Assembly (NCBI GenBank): GCA_043228905.1
Contig: JBHGNT010000014.1
Location: forward strand, 12,462,001 to 12,526,000
DNA from: Azolla caroliniana
Lineage: Eukaryota > Plantae > Polypodiophyta
Length of the DNA stretch: 64,000 nucleotides
Direction of reading: 5' to 3'
The translations under genes were made by a program, and so were the position numbers. A model generated the notes under the pieces. It did not search any database, was not told the DNA's origin, and saw nothing but the letters and a program-made list of their open reading frames with translations. Below, piece by piece: positions 61,901 through 64,000 of this stretch. The stretch's first letter is position 1. Every line of letters begins with the position of its first letter.

Positions 61901-64000
61901 ATTTAAACTTACGAAAGCAATCAAATACTTCACTTTTCTCTTTCATGAAGTAAACCCATGTTTTCCTTGAACAATCATCACTAAATGGTACATAAAACCT
62001 ACAGCCACCAATTGATGCATTTTTTGTTGGTCCCCATACATTTGTATGTACCAAATCCAACAAATTTTTGCATACATGTCTTTCATGAGGGAAAGGTAAC
62101 CTGTTTTGCTTTCCATATTGGCATGCTTCACATATTTTGCTCATCTCACAGTCTTTCAACTTAGGCAGTCCAACCACTACGTTTTTCCTCAACATATTTT
62201 TCGAGGTTTGCATATTTATGTGACTAATTCTCTTATGCCACATCTCCACATCTGAGATTACATTCATTCCTTCTACAAACATTGTTGTAATCTTTTTAAG
62301 CATATCCACATCCAAAACAAACATTCTTCCTTGTCGTTTTCCTTTTGCAATAAGCTTTCCATGTTTCTCTATAAAGCATCCACTTTGCTTAAACTTAACT
62401 TGCATTCCTTGCTCTATTATCTGTCCAACAGAAATCAGATTTTTTGCAAGGTTTGGCACATGCATAACATTCTAAATATACTTTGTTTTCCCTTTTTCTT
62501 CCCACAGTAGGATATCTCCAACATGCTCAATTGTATGAGTAGTATTATCACCTGTCTGTACATAACCAGGAATATCTGGTTCTCTTAGAATTTCAAGCCA
62601 ATTTGCATGTCCAGTCATATGATTAGATGCCCCAGAATCTACATACCACACATACTCTTCATTGCATCTTTGTGAACATTCAGCCATTGCCGCTGTCTCA
62701 TGTTGTATCATAAATGCATCTTCTTTATTACAGTTTTCACTAGTTGAAGCATAGTTATTTTGTTGTCTCTTCCCTCTTATTTCATCATTTTGCTTTTTAT
62801 AGCATTTGGCTTGTGTATGGCCCGGTTTTCCACAATAACAACAACCATCATCATTCAAATAAGTTTGCTTACCTCTGCCTCGATTGCTCCCACTGCCTCT
62901 GATGTTGTTTCTTCCACCTATAGCTTGTTGTCCTCTCCCTTGATAATTATTGTTGGTTTTAGCTGAACCAAATCTTCCTCGGCCTCTTCCTCGGCCTCTT
63001 CCAGCACTATTGTAGAGGGCTTGCCCCTCAGTCTCAGAGTTTCCTTTGTTTACATCATCCATTTGATTTCTTTCTTCCACTACAAGTATTGAAACTAGAT
63101 CTGGAAAACTTGGGATGATATCCCTTGTGAGAATAGATGTTTTGAAACTTTTATATTGAGGTCCTAAGCCTCTTAAGCATATTTCCACCTTATCATCATC
63201 TTCTACCTTCACATTAATAGAAGCAAGTAACTCACATATGCTCTTTATTTTTAGAGCATACTCATTACTAACATCTTACCTTTTTCCATGGTATTTAGCT
63301 CAGTCTTCAACTGAAGCTTTCTAGTCTTTGTGTTTAATGCAAACAGTTTCACCAAACTGTCCCAAGCTTCTTTTGGAAGCAAAGCATCTTGTATGTGTCC
63401 AAGCATCGAATCTAAGATGCTAAGGGATAGCCAATGCAATACTTTCCTTGCCCCTTGATTCCATTTCTTAAATGCTTTAATCTGTGCAGCAATTGCATTT
63501 TCTTCAGGGATATTTGGATCCTCTTCTAGGTCTTCGTCAATGTAATCCCAATATCCTTTTCCTATTAGGAAATTTGTCATTCTGAATTTCCATGCAGGGA
63601 AGTTGTTTTTGTCCAATTTTTCTGTGACTATTTGGCTTCCATTCTCAGCAGCCATTCTCTCTTTCAATTTAGGGCTTTTGGTACGATTAACTTCATAGAC
63701 AACTCTCTGATTCAGACCAACAACCAGAACTAAACTTCTCAGATTTGTACTATTCCTCTTTATGAGCAACTGTGCTCTGATACCATGTTACAAATGCGCT
63801 CCGACCCTTCTTAATGCACAATGGATCGTGATGTGCCGGATCGTTTAAAGTGCTAAAGATAGAAAAGGAAGGGGGAAGGGGACTTACCTCTGTAGCAACC
63901 CAAAAGCTTCTATTACATTAGACGCAGAGAAAACCTCTCTCGCCTATTTTCTGTTTTTCTTCTCTTCACTCTTCTACTTGCCTACTCTCTCTCTTACTTT
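58923..64000 (-). mobile_element. AT-rich degenerate Ty1/copia element E (5' LTR runs off the window)
   Basis: 3' LTR 58923-59339; 5' LTR from 63786; PBS TGGTATCAGAGC at 63774-63785; Gag/PR/INT/RT (YVDD)/RH fragments. Confidence 0.93.
59358..63655 (-). pseudogene. Copia E gag-pol, fragmented
   Basis: ORFs 63251-63769, 62472-63212, 61683-62465, 59685-60839 and 59358-59675. Confidence 0.9.

Overview
Plant genomic DNA, probably from a seed-free vascular plant such as a fern (inferred from the TE families and gene style). About 1-43 kb is a GC-rich stack of nested LTR retrotransposons. It holds four related minus-strand Ty1/copia elements (A-D, tRNA-iMet PBS, 5-bp TSDs where both ends survive) and three non-chromovirus Ty3/gypsy elements that share a tRNA-Trp PBS and a DHG protease, with 4-bp ACG(T) targets and, in two of the three, a G_GAU_UUU -1 frameshift site with a predicted pseudoknot. 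It also holds a solo LTR and two relics of an unusual LTR family, in which a long extra ORF (875 aa, intact in one copy) ends directly at a split tRNA-Arg-like sequence next to the LTR. About 43-59 kb is AT-rich host DNA with microsatellites and a three-exon INDETERMINATE DOMAIN (IDD/BIRD) C2H2 zinc-finger gene on the minus strand (640 aa). About 58.9-64 kb is a degenerate AT-rich copia (E). All alignments, mismatch counts and RNA folds were done by eye.
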